A stretch of 64,000 nucleotides of DNA from an uncultured delta proteobacterium (GCA_963716045.1 CAVQSS010000025.1:102304-166303); one strand, 5' to 3'. Positions 22,305-31,413 are shown, counted from the first letter of the stretch. The notes: generated from the letters alone by a model not told the origin. A program made the numbers and translations.

Positions 22305-22389
22305 CGTCATTCCCGCAGCGCTTCTGAGCGGGAATCCAGTCTTTTCTTAAGGGACATTGGATCCCCGATAAAGGCCTTCGGGGATGACG
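22305..22389 (+). repeat. REP-like double-hairpin element (family A)
   Basis: cgtcattcccgcagcgcttctgagcgggaatcc...ggatccccgataaaggccttcggggatgacg; spurious ORF 22264..22452. Confidence 0.8.
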
Positions 22390-22437
22390 AGATACGAATA
22401 GCGTAAAGACTGCTCTTAAAAAAAACGGGTCTGAACG

Positions 22438-23484
22438 ATGCAAAGCGATCACCCTTTTGATTTCTTATTTCAATGGCATTTGACGGAAAAATGCAATCTG
22501 CATTGTCTCCACTGTTATCAGGAGAAAGGGGATTTGGAGGAACTGACTTTTCCTGAGATCAAAGAAACCCTGAACGAGATATCTCTTATGCTGGAAGACT
22601 GGTCGAAGATCTATGGCCTGGCTTTCCAGACCAGCATCAATGTTACCGGAGGAGAACCTTTCTTACGACCCGATCTGTTTCCCATTCTTGAAGAAATGCG
22701 CCAACAGGGGTTTGACCTTTATCTCCTTTCCAACGGGACCCTCCTGGACCGGGAAAAAGCTCGCCGTCTGGGCCGCCTGCCGATACGGGGAGCACAGATC
22801 AGCCTGGAAGGGTTGGAAAAAACCCATGAGGCCCTGCGGGGAAAAGGCAGTTTTGCCGCGGCGCTGAAAGGGATCGGTTATCTGATTGAGGCCGGGGTCC
22901 CGGTCACCATCAATACGACTTTATCCGATCTCAACCGGGAGCAATTCTTAGAAATGATCCCCTTGGCCCAGGCCCTGGGGGCTCAGCGACTGGGGTTCTC
23001 CCGATTGATTCCCGCCGGTCAGGGGGCACTGCTTTCTGCCAATCTACTAAATCCGCATCAAGTCCGGGACCTATATCAGGATATCCTTTCCCTCATTCCC
23101 GAGGGATTGGAACTGGTGAGCGGGGACCCGCTTTTCCGGCAAATGGAGTCGGACCCCGTAAAGGATGACCTGGGAATCATCCCCCTGGGAGGATGCGCGG
23201 CGGGGGTGTCCGGTTTGACTTTGATGGCCGACGGCACGGTCACTCCCTGCCGCCGCTTGCCGGTCCCCCTCGGGAATGTGCGCCGGGACTCCCTGCGTGA
23301 AATTTGGAGCGGTTCCCCGGTGCTGGATAAGCTGCGGGACAAAAACAGCTACCAGGGAAAATGCGGCCGCTGCCGCCGATGGGCCGCCTGCCGGGGATGC
23401 CGGGCCATGGCCTATGCCTTTTCCCGGGCCGGGGGCCGTCCCCATCTCTTGGGAGAAGACCCGCAATGTTTTTTGGAGCCCTAA
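22438..23484 (+). CDS. Radical SAM/SPASM-domain protein (RiPP-maturase-like)
   Basis: CNLHCLHC (Cx3Cx2C) 18 aa from the N-terminus; C-terminal Cys-rich SPASM (GGCAAGVSG...CRRLP...GKCGRCRRWAACRGC); paralogous to 28285..29793. Confidence 0.8.
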   Translation: MQSDHPFDFLFQWHLTEKCNLHCLHCYQEKGDLEELTFPEIKETLNEISLMLEDWSKIYGLAFQTSINVTGGEPFLRPDLFPILEEMRQQGFDLYLLSNGTLLDREKARRLGRLPIRGAQISLEGLEKTHEALRGKGSFAAALKGIGYLIEAGVPVTINTTLSDLNREQFLEMIPLAQALGAQRLGFSRLIPAGQGALLSANLLNPHQVRDLYQDILSLIPEGLELVSGDPLFRQMESDPVKDDLGIIPLGGCAAGVSGLTLMADGTVTPCRRLPVPLGNVRRDSLREIWSGSPVLDKLRDKNSYQGKCGRCRRWAACRGCRAMAYAFSRAGGRPHLLGEDPQCFLEP

Positions 23485-23523
23485 TCCCTCCGCCCCCATT
23501 TTCAAAAAAAGGGCGATAATTCA

Positions 23524-23955
23524 TCAAGGGGTAATGAGTTCCAGGGCCTCCCGCCCGCCGTCAACAGCCTTCACCGGCAACTGCTGATCCAGGGTAGCCA
23601 GTCGGCCGCCTTGATGGACAGCCAATCCTAAGAGGTAGGCATCGGTGATTTGGGCGTGGGTGAGAAGCACTTCGCGCTTGAACAGGTCGCGAATACTAAG
23701 GTTTTCGCTCCAGAAGCGATGTTCCTTGTCTTTACAAAACCGTCGTAAAATAGCCAGGGCCGCCGCCACATCCCCCGGCCGGTTGGGATATCGGGGATGG
23801 CTGGCAATTCGGACGAAGCCGTTTTCGGTCAGCGGACAAGTTGCCCAGGAATTCCTTCCTCTTTTGCCGAACCATTGGTGGGCCGCTTCGTGATGAACAT
23901 GCATCGGATCGCAGAGGGCCAGCAGGACGTTGATATCTAAGAGATAAGTAGTCAC
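23524..23955 (-). CDS. PIN-domain toxin (VapC)
   Basis: MTTYLLDINVLLALCDPMHVHHEAAHQWF... Confidence 0.75.
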   Translation of the reverse strand: MTTYLLDINVLLALCDPMHVHHEAAHQWFGKRGRNSWATCPLTENGFVRIASHPRYPNRPGDVAAALAILRRFCKDKEHRFWSENLSIRDLFKREVLLTHAQITDAYLLGLAVHQGGRLATLDQQLPVKAVDGGREALELITP

Positions 23956-24179
23956 GACCGTTCATCCCGCAGCCGGTTGACCAATTCCAGGGTGGCCGCC
24001 CCGGCCTTCTTTTGGATCGGGAACAGCGGGGCCCCGTTCCGGGTGCTGCCGGTTCTCTGCCGGGTCAACGCCTGCCGACAGAGGTTCGACAACACTTTTC
24101 CTATGGAAAGCCTTTGCTGCCGGGCAATTTCTTTAGCGGCCAGGAGAACGTCCTCTTCGACATCCAAGGTAGTTCGCAT
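23952..24179 (-). CDS. VapB-type antitoxin
   Basis: ATG 24179 after GGAGG; MRTTLDVEEDVLLAAKEIARQQRLSIGKVLS...; overlaps the PIN gene by 4 nt. Confidence 0.65.
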   Translation of the reverse strand: MRTTLDVEEDVLLAAKEIARQQRLSIGKVLSNLCRQALTRQRTGSTRNGAPLFPIQKKAGAATLELVNRLRDERS

Positions 24180-24340
24180 AATTCCTCCAAGAAAATGGTT
24201 AAAATCATAAGTCATCAAACATCAAATGTCAATCGGCTATTTCCCACCATCCCCCTCAACCCGTCCTCGAAACAAAATAATTGGTCTGACCTTATTTTAT
24301 CTGTTACTATTAGAGCGTATCTAACGGAGGTGACAAGCCG

Positions 24341-26430
24341 ATGAACTTCTCCAACAATCCTAACCCCCCGGGAAACGCTTTCCCCCTTGGAGCCACGGTC
24401 TATCCGGAGGGCGTCAATTTCAGCGTCTATTCCAAAAACGCCGCCGGAGTGGAACTGCTCCTGTTCGACCGGGCCGATGACGCCCGCCCGGCCCGGGTCA
24501 TTCCTCTGGAAGCAAACAAAAACCGGACCTATTTTTACTGGCACGTTTTCGTCCCCGGCCTGCAATGCGGACAGATCTACGGCTTCCGCGTATCCGGCCC
24601 GTATGAACCGGAAAAAGGGCTGCGTTTTGACGGCCAGAAGGTTCTGCTGGATCCCTACGGCAAGGCCTTGGCGACGCCGCCTAATTACAGCCGTCTCGCC
24701 GCCGGCCTTCCGGGGGACAACACGGCCACGGCCATGAAAAGTGTGGTGGCGGATTTGAGCCTTTACGATTGGGAAGGGGACGCCCCGCTCCGGCGCCCTT
24801 TTTCCAATACCATTATTTATGAACTGCACGTCCGCGGGTTCACCCGCCATCCCAGTTCGGGTGTGCCGGCGGATAAGCGGGGCACCTATGTGGGGTTGAT
24901 CGAGAAGATCCCCTACCTGCGGGAATTAGGAATAACCGCCGTGGAACTCCTGCCGGTCTTTCAATTCGATGAACAGGACGCGCCCCCCGACTTCAAGAAC
25001 TACTGGGGCTACAGCCCGATCAGCTTCTTCGCCCCTCACGGGGGTTACTGTTCCTGCCGGGACCCTCTCGGTCCGCTGGATGAATTCCGGGATATGGTCA
25101 AGGCCCTGCACCGATCCGGAATCGAGGTGATCCTGGACGTAGTCTTTAACCACACCACTGAAGGGCACCAATACGGTCCGACGCTTTGCTACCGGGGTTT
25201 TGAAAACCGGGCCTACTACATCCTGGAAGCCGCCACCGCTGAGTACGCCAACTATTCGGGTTGCGGCAACACCCTCAATTCCGGCAACGCCATCGTCCGG
25301 CGGATGATCATCGACAGTCTGCACCACTGGGTCAAGGAGATGCACGTGGACGGCTTCCGTTTTGATCTGGCCGCCATTCTCTCCCGGGATGAAACCGGCC
25401 AACCCCTGGCCAATCCCCCGGTCCTCTGGGATATCGAATCCGACCCGGTCCTGGCCGGCACCAAGCTGATTGCCGAGGCCTGGGACGCGGCCGGGCTTTA
25501 CCAGGTGGGCAGCTTTGTCGGGGAAAGCTGGAAGGAATGGAACGGCAAATTCCGGGATGATGTGCGGGGCTTTATCAAAGGCGACCGCGGCGCCGTTTCC
25601 GGAGTGGCCTCCCGGCTGCTGGGCAGCCCGGACCTTTACGGCGGGCAGGAACGCGAGCCGGAACAAAGCATCAATTTCATTACCTGCCACGACGGTTTCA
25701 CCCTGAATGACCTGGTCTCCTACAACAGCAAACACAACGAGGCCAACGGCGAGAAGAACCGCGACGGGACCGACGACAACCTGAGTTGGAACTGCGGGGT
25801 GGAAGGTCCCGCGGACAACCCGGAAATTGAAAGGCTCCGCAACCGCCAGGTAAAGAACTTTCTGACCGTCACCTTTCTGGCCCTGGGGGCCCCCATGCTC
25901 CTGATGGGCGACGAGGTCCGCCGGACCCAGGGGGAAACAACAACGCCTACTGCCAGGACAACGAAATCAGTTGGTTCGATTGGGACCGGCTGGCTGAACA
26001 CGGCGATATACACCGTTTCGTAAAAAACCTGATCGCGGCCCGCCTGCGCACGAACACCTTCACCCCCAGCCAGGAGTTGACCCTGAGCCAGATCCTCCGG
26101 CAGGCCCGTATTCAGTGGCACGGGGTCAAGCTCAGCCGGCCCGATTGGAGTCCGGATTCCCACAGCCTGGCCTTCAGCGCCTGGAGCCGCCGAGGCCGGC
26201 TCTTGACCCACATTATGCTGAACGCCTACTGGGAGCCCCTGTCCTTTGAACTGCCGCCCGTTCAAAACCTGCAGGGCAAGGCCTGGCACCGGTGGATCGA
26301 CACCGCGCTGGACTCCCCCGAGGACATCGGCACCTGGGCCCACGCCCCGGCCGTTCCCGGATCGACCTACCCGGTGCAGCCCCGATCGATTGTGGTGCTG
26401 ATGGAACGGATTGCAAAAGATTCATCCTGA
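24341..26430 (+). CDS. glgX: Glycogen debranching enzyme GlgX, interrupted by a 1-nt homopolymer indel near 25928-25936
   Basis: 24341..26023 encodes the isoamylase N and catalytic domains up to MLLMGDEVRRTQG; 26077..26430 continues in the +1 frame. The restored junction reads GGNNNAYCQDNEISWFDWDRL..., which is a conserved GlgX motif. Confidence 0.75.
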
Positions 26431-26482
26431 CAAGAGAAATTCACGTCGAGCGTTATCATTTTAACCCGGCCCGTGAAGGGAT

Positions 26483-26515
26483 CGTCATTCCCGCAGTGCT
26501 TTTGGGCGGGAATCC
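26483..26515 (+). repeat. REP-like element, first hairpin only (family A)
   Basis: cgtcattcccgcagtgcttttgggcgggaatcc directly upstream of the GIY-YIG gene. Confidence 0.65.
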
Positions 26516-26529
26516 ATCAAGGATTTTGC

Positions 26530-26823
26530 GTGCCTAAACAGTTCTATGTTTATATCCTGGCCAGCAAACGAAACGGAACGCTCTACATTGGTGTAACCTC
26601 GAATCTGGTTCAGAGGACTTGGCAGCATAAGGAAGGTCAGGTAGAAGGTTTTTCAAAAAAATATGGCGTAAAGAATCTTGTTTACTTTGAAGTGCATGAG
26701 ACGGCAGAAAGCGCTTTGACTCGAGAGAAACAGATGAAGAAATGGGAAAGGGCGTGGAAAATCAAGTTGATCGAACGAAATAATCCTGAATGGCGAGACT
26801 TAACCGATATGATCGTCTCCTAG
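26530..26823 (+). CDS. Small GIY-YIG nuclease-domain protein
   Basis: GTG 26530: (M)PKQFYVYILASKRNGTLYIGVTSNLVQRTWQHKEG...; ~42% GC; flanked by REP-like elements. The upstream part of the longer ORF is REP-encoded. Confidence 0.65.
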   Translation: MPKQFYVYILASKRNGTLYIGVTSNLVQRTWQHKEGQVEGFSKKYGVKNLVYFEVHETAESALTREKQMKKWERAWKIKLIERNNPEWRDLTDMIVS

Positions 26824-26826
26824 CCT

Positions 26827-26852
26827 GGATTCCCGCCTCCGCGGGAATGACG
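26827..26852 (-). repeat. REP-like element, first hairpin only, reverse orientation
   Basis: ggattcccgcctccgcgggaatgacg. Confidence 0.6.
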
Positions 26853-26901
26853 TCCAAATATCTTTGATAAATAGTCCCAAAATAGGTACAACATCATAAA
26901 T

Positions 26902-26986
26902 CGTCATTCCCGCAGCGCTTCTGGGCGGGAATCCATGTTTTTCTTAAGAAATACTGGATCCCCGATAAAAACCTTCGGGGATGACG
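26902..26986 (+). repeat. REP-like double-hairpin element (family A)
   Basis: cgtcattcccgcagcgcttctgggcgggaatcc...ggatccccgataaaaaccttcggggatgacg. Confidence 0.8.
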
Positions 26987-27016
26987 AAAAATTAGCCTCA
27001 AAAGAAAGGAGTCATT

Positions 27017-28045
27017 ATGCCGGTTGCCGATTACCTGACCTACTGTAAAATGCTCGATCGAGCCCGGGAGGGGCGCTTCGCCTACCCGGCCATCAATGTC
27101 ACTTCCCTGACCACGGCCAACGCCGTCCTGAAAGGTCTGGCGGAAAGCCAAAGCGACGGGATCATCCAGGTCTCCACCGGGGGCGCTGCTTTCGCCTCCG
27201 GCTCGTCGGTCAAGGACATGGTCCTGGGGGCGGTCTCCATCGCCGAACATGTGCACCGGGCGGCCGACCGCTATCCCATCTATGTGGCCCTGCACACCGA
27301 TCACTGCCAGGCGGATAAGCTGGATCGGTTTGTCCTTCCACTGGTGGAAGAGACCGAACGGCGCCGGGCCGCCGGGCGGCCGAATCTTTTCAGCAGCCAC
27401 ATGTTTGACGGCAGCGCCCTGCCCCTGAAGGAAAATCTGGATATCGCCGTCCCGCTGCTGGAGCGTTTCCGGAAAAACGAATTGATCCTGGAAATCGAGG
27501 CCGGTGTGGTCGGCGGGGAGGAGGACGGCGTCAAGGCCGAGGCCTCGGCCAAGCTCTACACTACCCCCGAGGATACCCTGGAAGTGGCCCGCCGCCTCAA
27601 TTCCATTCCGGGGGCGCGCTACCTGCTGGCGGCCACCTTTGGAAACGTGCACGGCGTATACAAACCCGGGGCCGTCAAATTGAAACCCGCGATCCTCCGC
27701 GACTGCCAGGAAGCGGTCGTCAAGCCTTATGGTGAGGCCGCCCGTTTCTTCCTGGTTTTTCACGGCGGGTCGGGCTCGGAATTGGCCGATATCCACGAGG
27801 CCCTTGACTATGGCGTGGTCAAGATGAACGTCGACACCGACACCCAGTACGCCTTCACCCGGCAGGTCGTGCACCACATGTTTCGGCACTACAACGAAGT
27901 GCTGAAGGTGGACGGCGAAATGGGCAACAAGAAGGCCTACGATCCCCGCACCTACCTGTCCGAAGCGGAAGGGGCCATGGCCGAGCGGGTGAAGCGGGCG
28001 GTCAGCGATCTGCGGTCCGGCGGCACGACCCTCTATAAATCCTAA
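27017..28045 (+). CDS. fbaA: Fructose-bisphosphate aldolase, class II
   Basis: MPVADYLTYCKMLDRAREGRFAYPAINVTSLTT...HTDHC...FHGGSG. Confidence 0.9.
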   Translation: MPVADYLTYCKMLDRAREGRFAYPAINVTSLTTANAVLKGLAESQSDGIIQVSTGGAAFASGSSVKDMVLGAVSIAEHVHRAADRYPIYVALHTDHCQADKLDRFVLPLVEETERRRAAGRPNLFSSHMFDGSALPLKENLDIAVPLLERFRKNELILEIEAGVVGGEEDGVKAEASAKLYTTPEDTLEVARRLNSIPGARYLLAATFGNVHGVYKPGAVKLKPAILRDCQEAVVKPYGEAARFFLVFHGGSGSELADIHEALDYGVVKMNVDTDTQYAFTRQVVHHMFRHYNEVLKVDGEMGNKKAYDPRTYLSEAEGAMAERVKRAVSDLRSGGTTLYKS

Positions 28046-28062
28046 CCAAAAATATTCGAATT

Positions 28063-28232
28063 TTTGGTTAGAAATCCGAAACTCGAAACACCTCTTCCCC
28101 TGGACGGCATGGTCTTCGAAGGGGGGAATCAACGCTTATCTCCTCCCGATCAGGGGGGAAAAGTTTCGGTCATTTGACTTTTGGTCATTGCTGTTTGTTT
28201 CGGATTTCGTGCTTCGGATTTCGAATTTAAAA
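28063..28232. repeat. Inverted pair of GTTTCGGATTTCG-type short repeats bracketing ~100 bp (MITE-like or bidirectional terminator region)
   Basis: agaaatccgaaactcgaaacac (28075-28097) versus gtttgtttcggatttcgtgcttcggatttcgaattt (28195-28229), in a convergent intergenic gap. Confidence 0.45.
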
Positions 28233-28284
28233 ACGCTGTTGTTTTACAATGCGAGATAAATTCTCAAGATTCATTTTGGACTAA

Positions 28285-29793
28285 TCACCTAACCATAAAA
28301 CAATAGGGGTCCCGGTCCTGGAAGATATCCAGGCCCATTCCATAGGTCACGGCCAGGCAGCCCCCGCAGACCGGACGAATCGGACAGGCGCGGCAGGCCG
28401 CGGTGCCGGCCCGGTAGGGCCGCGCCGGTTCCGAATCGTACAGTTCGAGCAGACTGTTTTCCAGTATGTTGCCCAGGGGGGAGGGCAGCTTCCGGCAGGC
28501 ATGCACTTCGCCGTCGGGCAGGACGGTGATAAAATTGAAGGCCGCGCTGCAGCCGAAACCGGCGCAGCCCCCGAAGAGGGGGATCCCCTTTCGATGATGG
28601 AGGATATTGATCAGGTTGTCCTTGATCCCCATAACCGGGTTTTTTTCCGCTGCCCGCAGGTAGGCTTCCAGAAAAGCGGCATATTCCCGGCGGCCGGGGC
28701 CCTGCAGATTGGCCCCCTCCCCCACCTGGGAAAGGCGGTTGAAAAAGAAGCTGTCGGCCCTGCCCTGAAGCCGTTCGGCCAGGGGGATCACCTGATCCAG
28801 ATTGTCCCGGGTCAGCGTCAGCATGACCATGGAATAGATGTTCAGCTCCTTAAGGACCTCCAGGAATTCCATCACCCGGTCAAAGTGCCCCGAACCGCGG
28901 ATCCAGTCGTTATGCTCCCGCAGCCCTTCCAGGCTGACCTGAAAAAAATGGGGTTCCCGGATGGCCCGGATTTCCCGCAGCCGATCGCGGGAGGCGGGGT
29001 TCCCCAGGATGGCCGTCCCAAAACCCAACTCTCCCGCCGCCCGGTACAGTTCGTTGAACCGGGGATGAAGCAGGGGATTGCCGCCGGTGAAACTGACCTG
29101 ACCTTGAACCCGCTTTTCCCGGCAGAATCGATCCAGGTCGTTCAGAATTTTCAACTCCTGCTCCCAGGTCAGGGGGGAGCGCGGACTGCGGTCGTAGCAA
29201 TGCTTGCAGTGGAGGTCGCAGGCCTGAGTGATGTGCCACTGGAGGGTAAAAGTCGGGGATTCCAGGAATTCCCGCTCCCGGACGACGCTGTGGGGATAAC
29301 CGGCCGGGTCTCTGCGGATCTTCGACCGGGGAATGATCAGGAGTCCCTCCGCGGCGGCCCGCTCCAGTGCGTCCTCGATGGCCGCCGGCGGGACCCCGCC
29401 GGCGGCGGCGGCGGATTCCGGGGCCACTTCCTCCAGCACGATCTTCAGCACTAACAGGTCTTCTTCCCGGGCCGCCCGGAACAGGACCTCTCCCGTCTCT
29501 GCCTTCCGCCAGACCACGACCAGCTCCTCACCCGGTTCCGGAACAACGGACTCCCCTTTCCCCGCGGCCTGGACCAGGGGAACAAGGTTTTTATAAGAAA
29601 ATTGCATTAGCCGCAGGGCGGGGTTGACGATCACCCGATCAGGTCCCGGATCACCCTCCGCGGGCCCCAGGCCCGCCTGATGAAGGACCCATTCCAGGCG
29701 GGCCAGATCGGAGAGGAAATCGGGGCGGCCGCCCGCCGGGGAAGTTGCCGCCAAAAGCCCCGGGAAATCCTCCAGGGAGCTTCCGGCCTCCAT
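28285..29793 (-). CDS. Radical SAM/SPASM protein with an N-terminal PqqD-like RRE domain (RiPP-maturase-like)
   Basis: ATG 29793. Residues ~80-170 resemble PqqD/RRE (ELVVVWRKAETGEVLFRAAREEDLLVLKIVLEE...AIEDALERAAAEGLLI). Core CDLHCKHC; SPASM C-terminus (GGCAGFGCSAAFN...CRKLP...CRACPIRPVCGGC). Confidence 0.8.
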   Translation of the reverse strand: MEAGSSLEDFPGLLAATSPAGGRPDFLSDLARLEWVLHQAGLGPAEGDPGPDRVIVNPALRLMQFSYKNLVPLVQAAGKGESVVPEPGEELVVVWRKAETGEVLFRAAREEDLLVLKIVLEEVAPESAAAAGGVPPAAIEDALERAAAEGLLIIPRSKIRRDPAGYPHSVVREREFLESPTFTLQWHITQACDLHCKHCYDRSPRSPLTWEQELKILNDLDRFCREKRVQGQVSFTGGNPLLHPRFNELYRAAGELGFGTAILGNPASRDRLREIRAIREPHFFQVSLEGLREHNDWIRGSGHFDRVMEFLEVLKELNIYSMVMLTLTRDNLDQVIPLAERLQGRADSFFFNRLSQVGEGANLQGPGRREYAAFLEAYLRAAEKNPVMGIKDNLINILHHRKGIPLFGGCAGFGCSAAFNFITVLPDGEVHACRKLPSPLGNILENSLLELYDSEPARPYRAGTAACRACPIRPVCGGCLAVTYGMGLDIFQDRDPYCFMVR

Positions 29794-29896
29794 TTGGGCT
29801 TGCAGGCATTCCAGTCTTCAGGTGTTAAATAGGAACGGGTTACAGGAAAGATCTTTTCGAGGGATTCCATAGAATGATTTTAGCACTGTTTAGGAC

Positions 29897-29925
29897 TCCA
29901 TTAGTACGAAAATGAACATCGAACA
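29897..29925 (-). repeat. AT-rich short repeat (TTCGATGTTCATTTTCGTAC family), reverse orientation
   Basis: tacgaaaatgaacatcgaacag. Confidence 0.55.
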
Positions 29926-30074
29926 GTTGAGGGGCGAGTCGAAGGGGAGGCGCCCAACATCCGAATAAAAAAGGGGGATAACTGAAGCTCGAAAAAAATT
30001 GACTGATTAAACCCCCATGCTCGGGGGGGGTCATTAAAGTCTCGAAAATATGAACCGTTAGATATCCCGGTCTT

Positions 30075-30158
30075 CGTCATTCCCGAGCGCTTCGCCTGCT
30101 GTCATCCTGAGCCCTCGGCCTACATGTCTGGATCCCGAGCGAAGCATCGGGGATGACG
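30075..30158 (+). repeat. REP-like element, divergent variant
   Basis: cgtcattcccgagcgcttcgcctgctgtcatcctgagccc...ggatcccgagcgaagcatcggggatgacg. Confidence 0.6.
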
Positions 30159-30195
30159 GTCGGTGGTATCTACGGCTCAGTTGTAAACTCCTCGA

Positions 30196-30270
30196 TAGCG
30201 GCTCGTTTGGCCTTTCGGCAAACTCAAGGCCTGAGTGAATCAAGGGGATTCGCCGAAGTCCGCTTCGCTA
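30196..30270. repeat. Partial MITE-like family B element
   Basis: cctttcggcaaactcaaggcctgagtgaatcaaggggattcgccgaagtcc matches the interior of 42280-42325. Confidence 0.5.
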
Positions 30271-30742
30271 CCCAAAATTCCTTAAGACAAAATGAACGTC
30301 GGGCATTACTCGAACTCAAATCTAAAAAGGGGGCCAGGACAGATACGACTTGGGATCGTATGGGTCCCGGCCCCTGGAAAAACTGCCGGCTCATAGGCGC
30401 CGGCTGGCAATGGTTAAAAACATCTTGGTTTAGTGGCTCTCTGATTGGTCGGATAGCGCCACCGGCGCTATTTCTTCCCGCTTCAGCTACTCGGGGCGGG
30501 AGTTTTGGTTCCGCTTCAGGAGCTTGGCGCGGCGGGTTTCTGGTCGGTGCTACCTGCACCGGGTTTAGTCCCGCCTCAGGCGCTGCCGGCTTTTTTCTCT
30601 GTTTGGGTGCTACCTGCATCCGGTTTGGCCCCGCCTCAAGCGCTCTTGCCATTGGTGCACCCGGAAACCGCGAAACTGGAGCCGGCAATCAGGCTGGCAA
30701 TGCTCAAACCGGCCAACATCTTCTTGAGCTGGTTCATTTCCA
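30224..30742 (-). CDS. Putative secreted lipoprotein with 20-aa tandem repeats, spread over three frames (possibly two compensating 1-nt indels)
   Basis: AAAGGAGG SD plus ATG 30742 gives MEMNQLKRCWPV*. The +1 frame (30636..30719) encodes a signal peptide and lipobox, MLAGLSIASLIAGSSFAVSGC. The frame of the SD-ATG re-opens at 30688 into EAGPNRMQVAPKQRKKPAAP / EAGLNPVQVAPTRNPPRQAP repeats, encoded by 60-bp tandem DNA repeats at 30480-30665. Confidence 0.3.
30480..30665. repeat. ~60-bp tandem repeat (about 3 units)
   Basis: ggtgctacctgcaccgggtttagtcccgcctcaggcgct... / ggtgctacctgcatccggtttggccccgcctcaagcgct... Confidence 0.7.
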
Positions 30743-30829
30743 TGCGTACTCACCTCCTTTCTGAATAATCAGTATAACCGATCCTTTTTTTAAAATGTAT
30801 AGAAAAAAACTATCAATTTAGAATCAGGC

Positions 30830-30921
30830 GGGGATCCCATAATCCCGCAGCGCTTCTGAGCGGGAATCCAGGCTTTTCTCCGGGGACATTGGATTCCCCA
30901 TAAAGACCTTCGAGGATGACG
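30830..30921 (+). repeat. REP-like double-hairpin element (family A variant)
   Basis: ...cccgcagcgcttctgagcgggaatcc...ggattccccataaagaccttcgaggatgacg. Confidence 0.75.
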
Positions 30922-30954
30922 AGAAGTTACCCGTAAATACGATGTTGGTTGGGG

Positions 30955-31413
30955 TTATTGTTTAAGGCCGGTGGGTAACCCGGGGGAATGTTGAAAAGGA
31001 TTGACTACTTGGACTCCACCAAAATTTTGGGCCTCTTGAAGATCTTCGGTGAGCAGATACTGACATTGGGTCAGTTGAGCTGCGGAAACGATCAGTGCAT
31101 CCCACCAGGAAAGGTTATTACGATCCTGTAGCTCCCAAGCTCCTTTAATCACTTGCCTATCAACGGGAAGGGGATTCCAGGCCATTAAAGCCTTTATATC
31201 TTCACGAGCCGTTGAAACCCTCAGGCCCGGTTGGAGCTTCCCGGTTACGGTCGCATAAAATTCCTGCAGGACCTGATAACTTATCCGTCCGTTTTTTTTA
31301 TCCCAGAGAAAGGTCATCCAGGCCAGGGCCTGCTTCTGTTTAACGGGTTCCGAACTATCCCGGCTGTAAACGAGCACATTGGTATCTACAAATACCTTAC
31401 TGTCGTCGTTCAT
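30955..31413 (-). CDS. PIN-domain toxin (VapC)
   Basis: ATG 31413: MNDDSKVFVDTNVLVYSRDSSEPVKQKQALAW...; the longer ORF is an N-terminal extension. Confidence 0.7.
   Translation of the reverse strand: MNDDSKVFVDTNVLVYSRDSSEPVKQKQALAWMTFLWDKKNGRISYQVLQEFYATVTGKLQPGLRVSTAREDIKALMAWNPLPVDRQVIKGAWELQDRNNLSWWDALIVSAAQLTQCQYLLTEDLQEAQNFGGVQVVNPFQHSPGLPTGLKQ

Noticed and set aside
22264-22452. 62-aa ORF (and similar ORFs 53748..54098, N-term of 26473..26823, tail of 26894..28132)
   Set aside because: Encoded entirely by REP-like hairpin elements (IPAQKRCGNDA peptides); repeat artefacts.
28160-28200. Sigma-54 promoter-like TGGTCATTGCTG
   Set aside because: GG-to-GC spacing is 5 nt instead of 10; not a -24/-12 element.
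30480-30665. Possible CRISPR array
   Set aside because: Units are contiguous ~60-bp repeats without unique spacers, and they translate into a repetitive peptide. This is a tandem repeat, not CRISPR.
30153-30764. 203-aa plus-strand ORF over the tandem-repeat region
   Set aside because: No SD or start context. The minus strand carries a strong SD, a signal peptide and a repeat-encoding frame.
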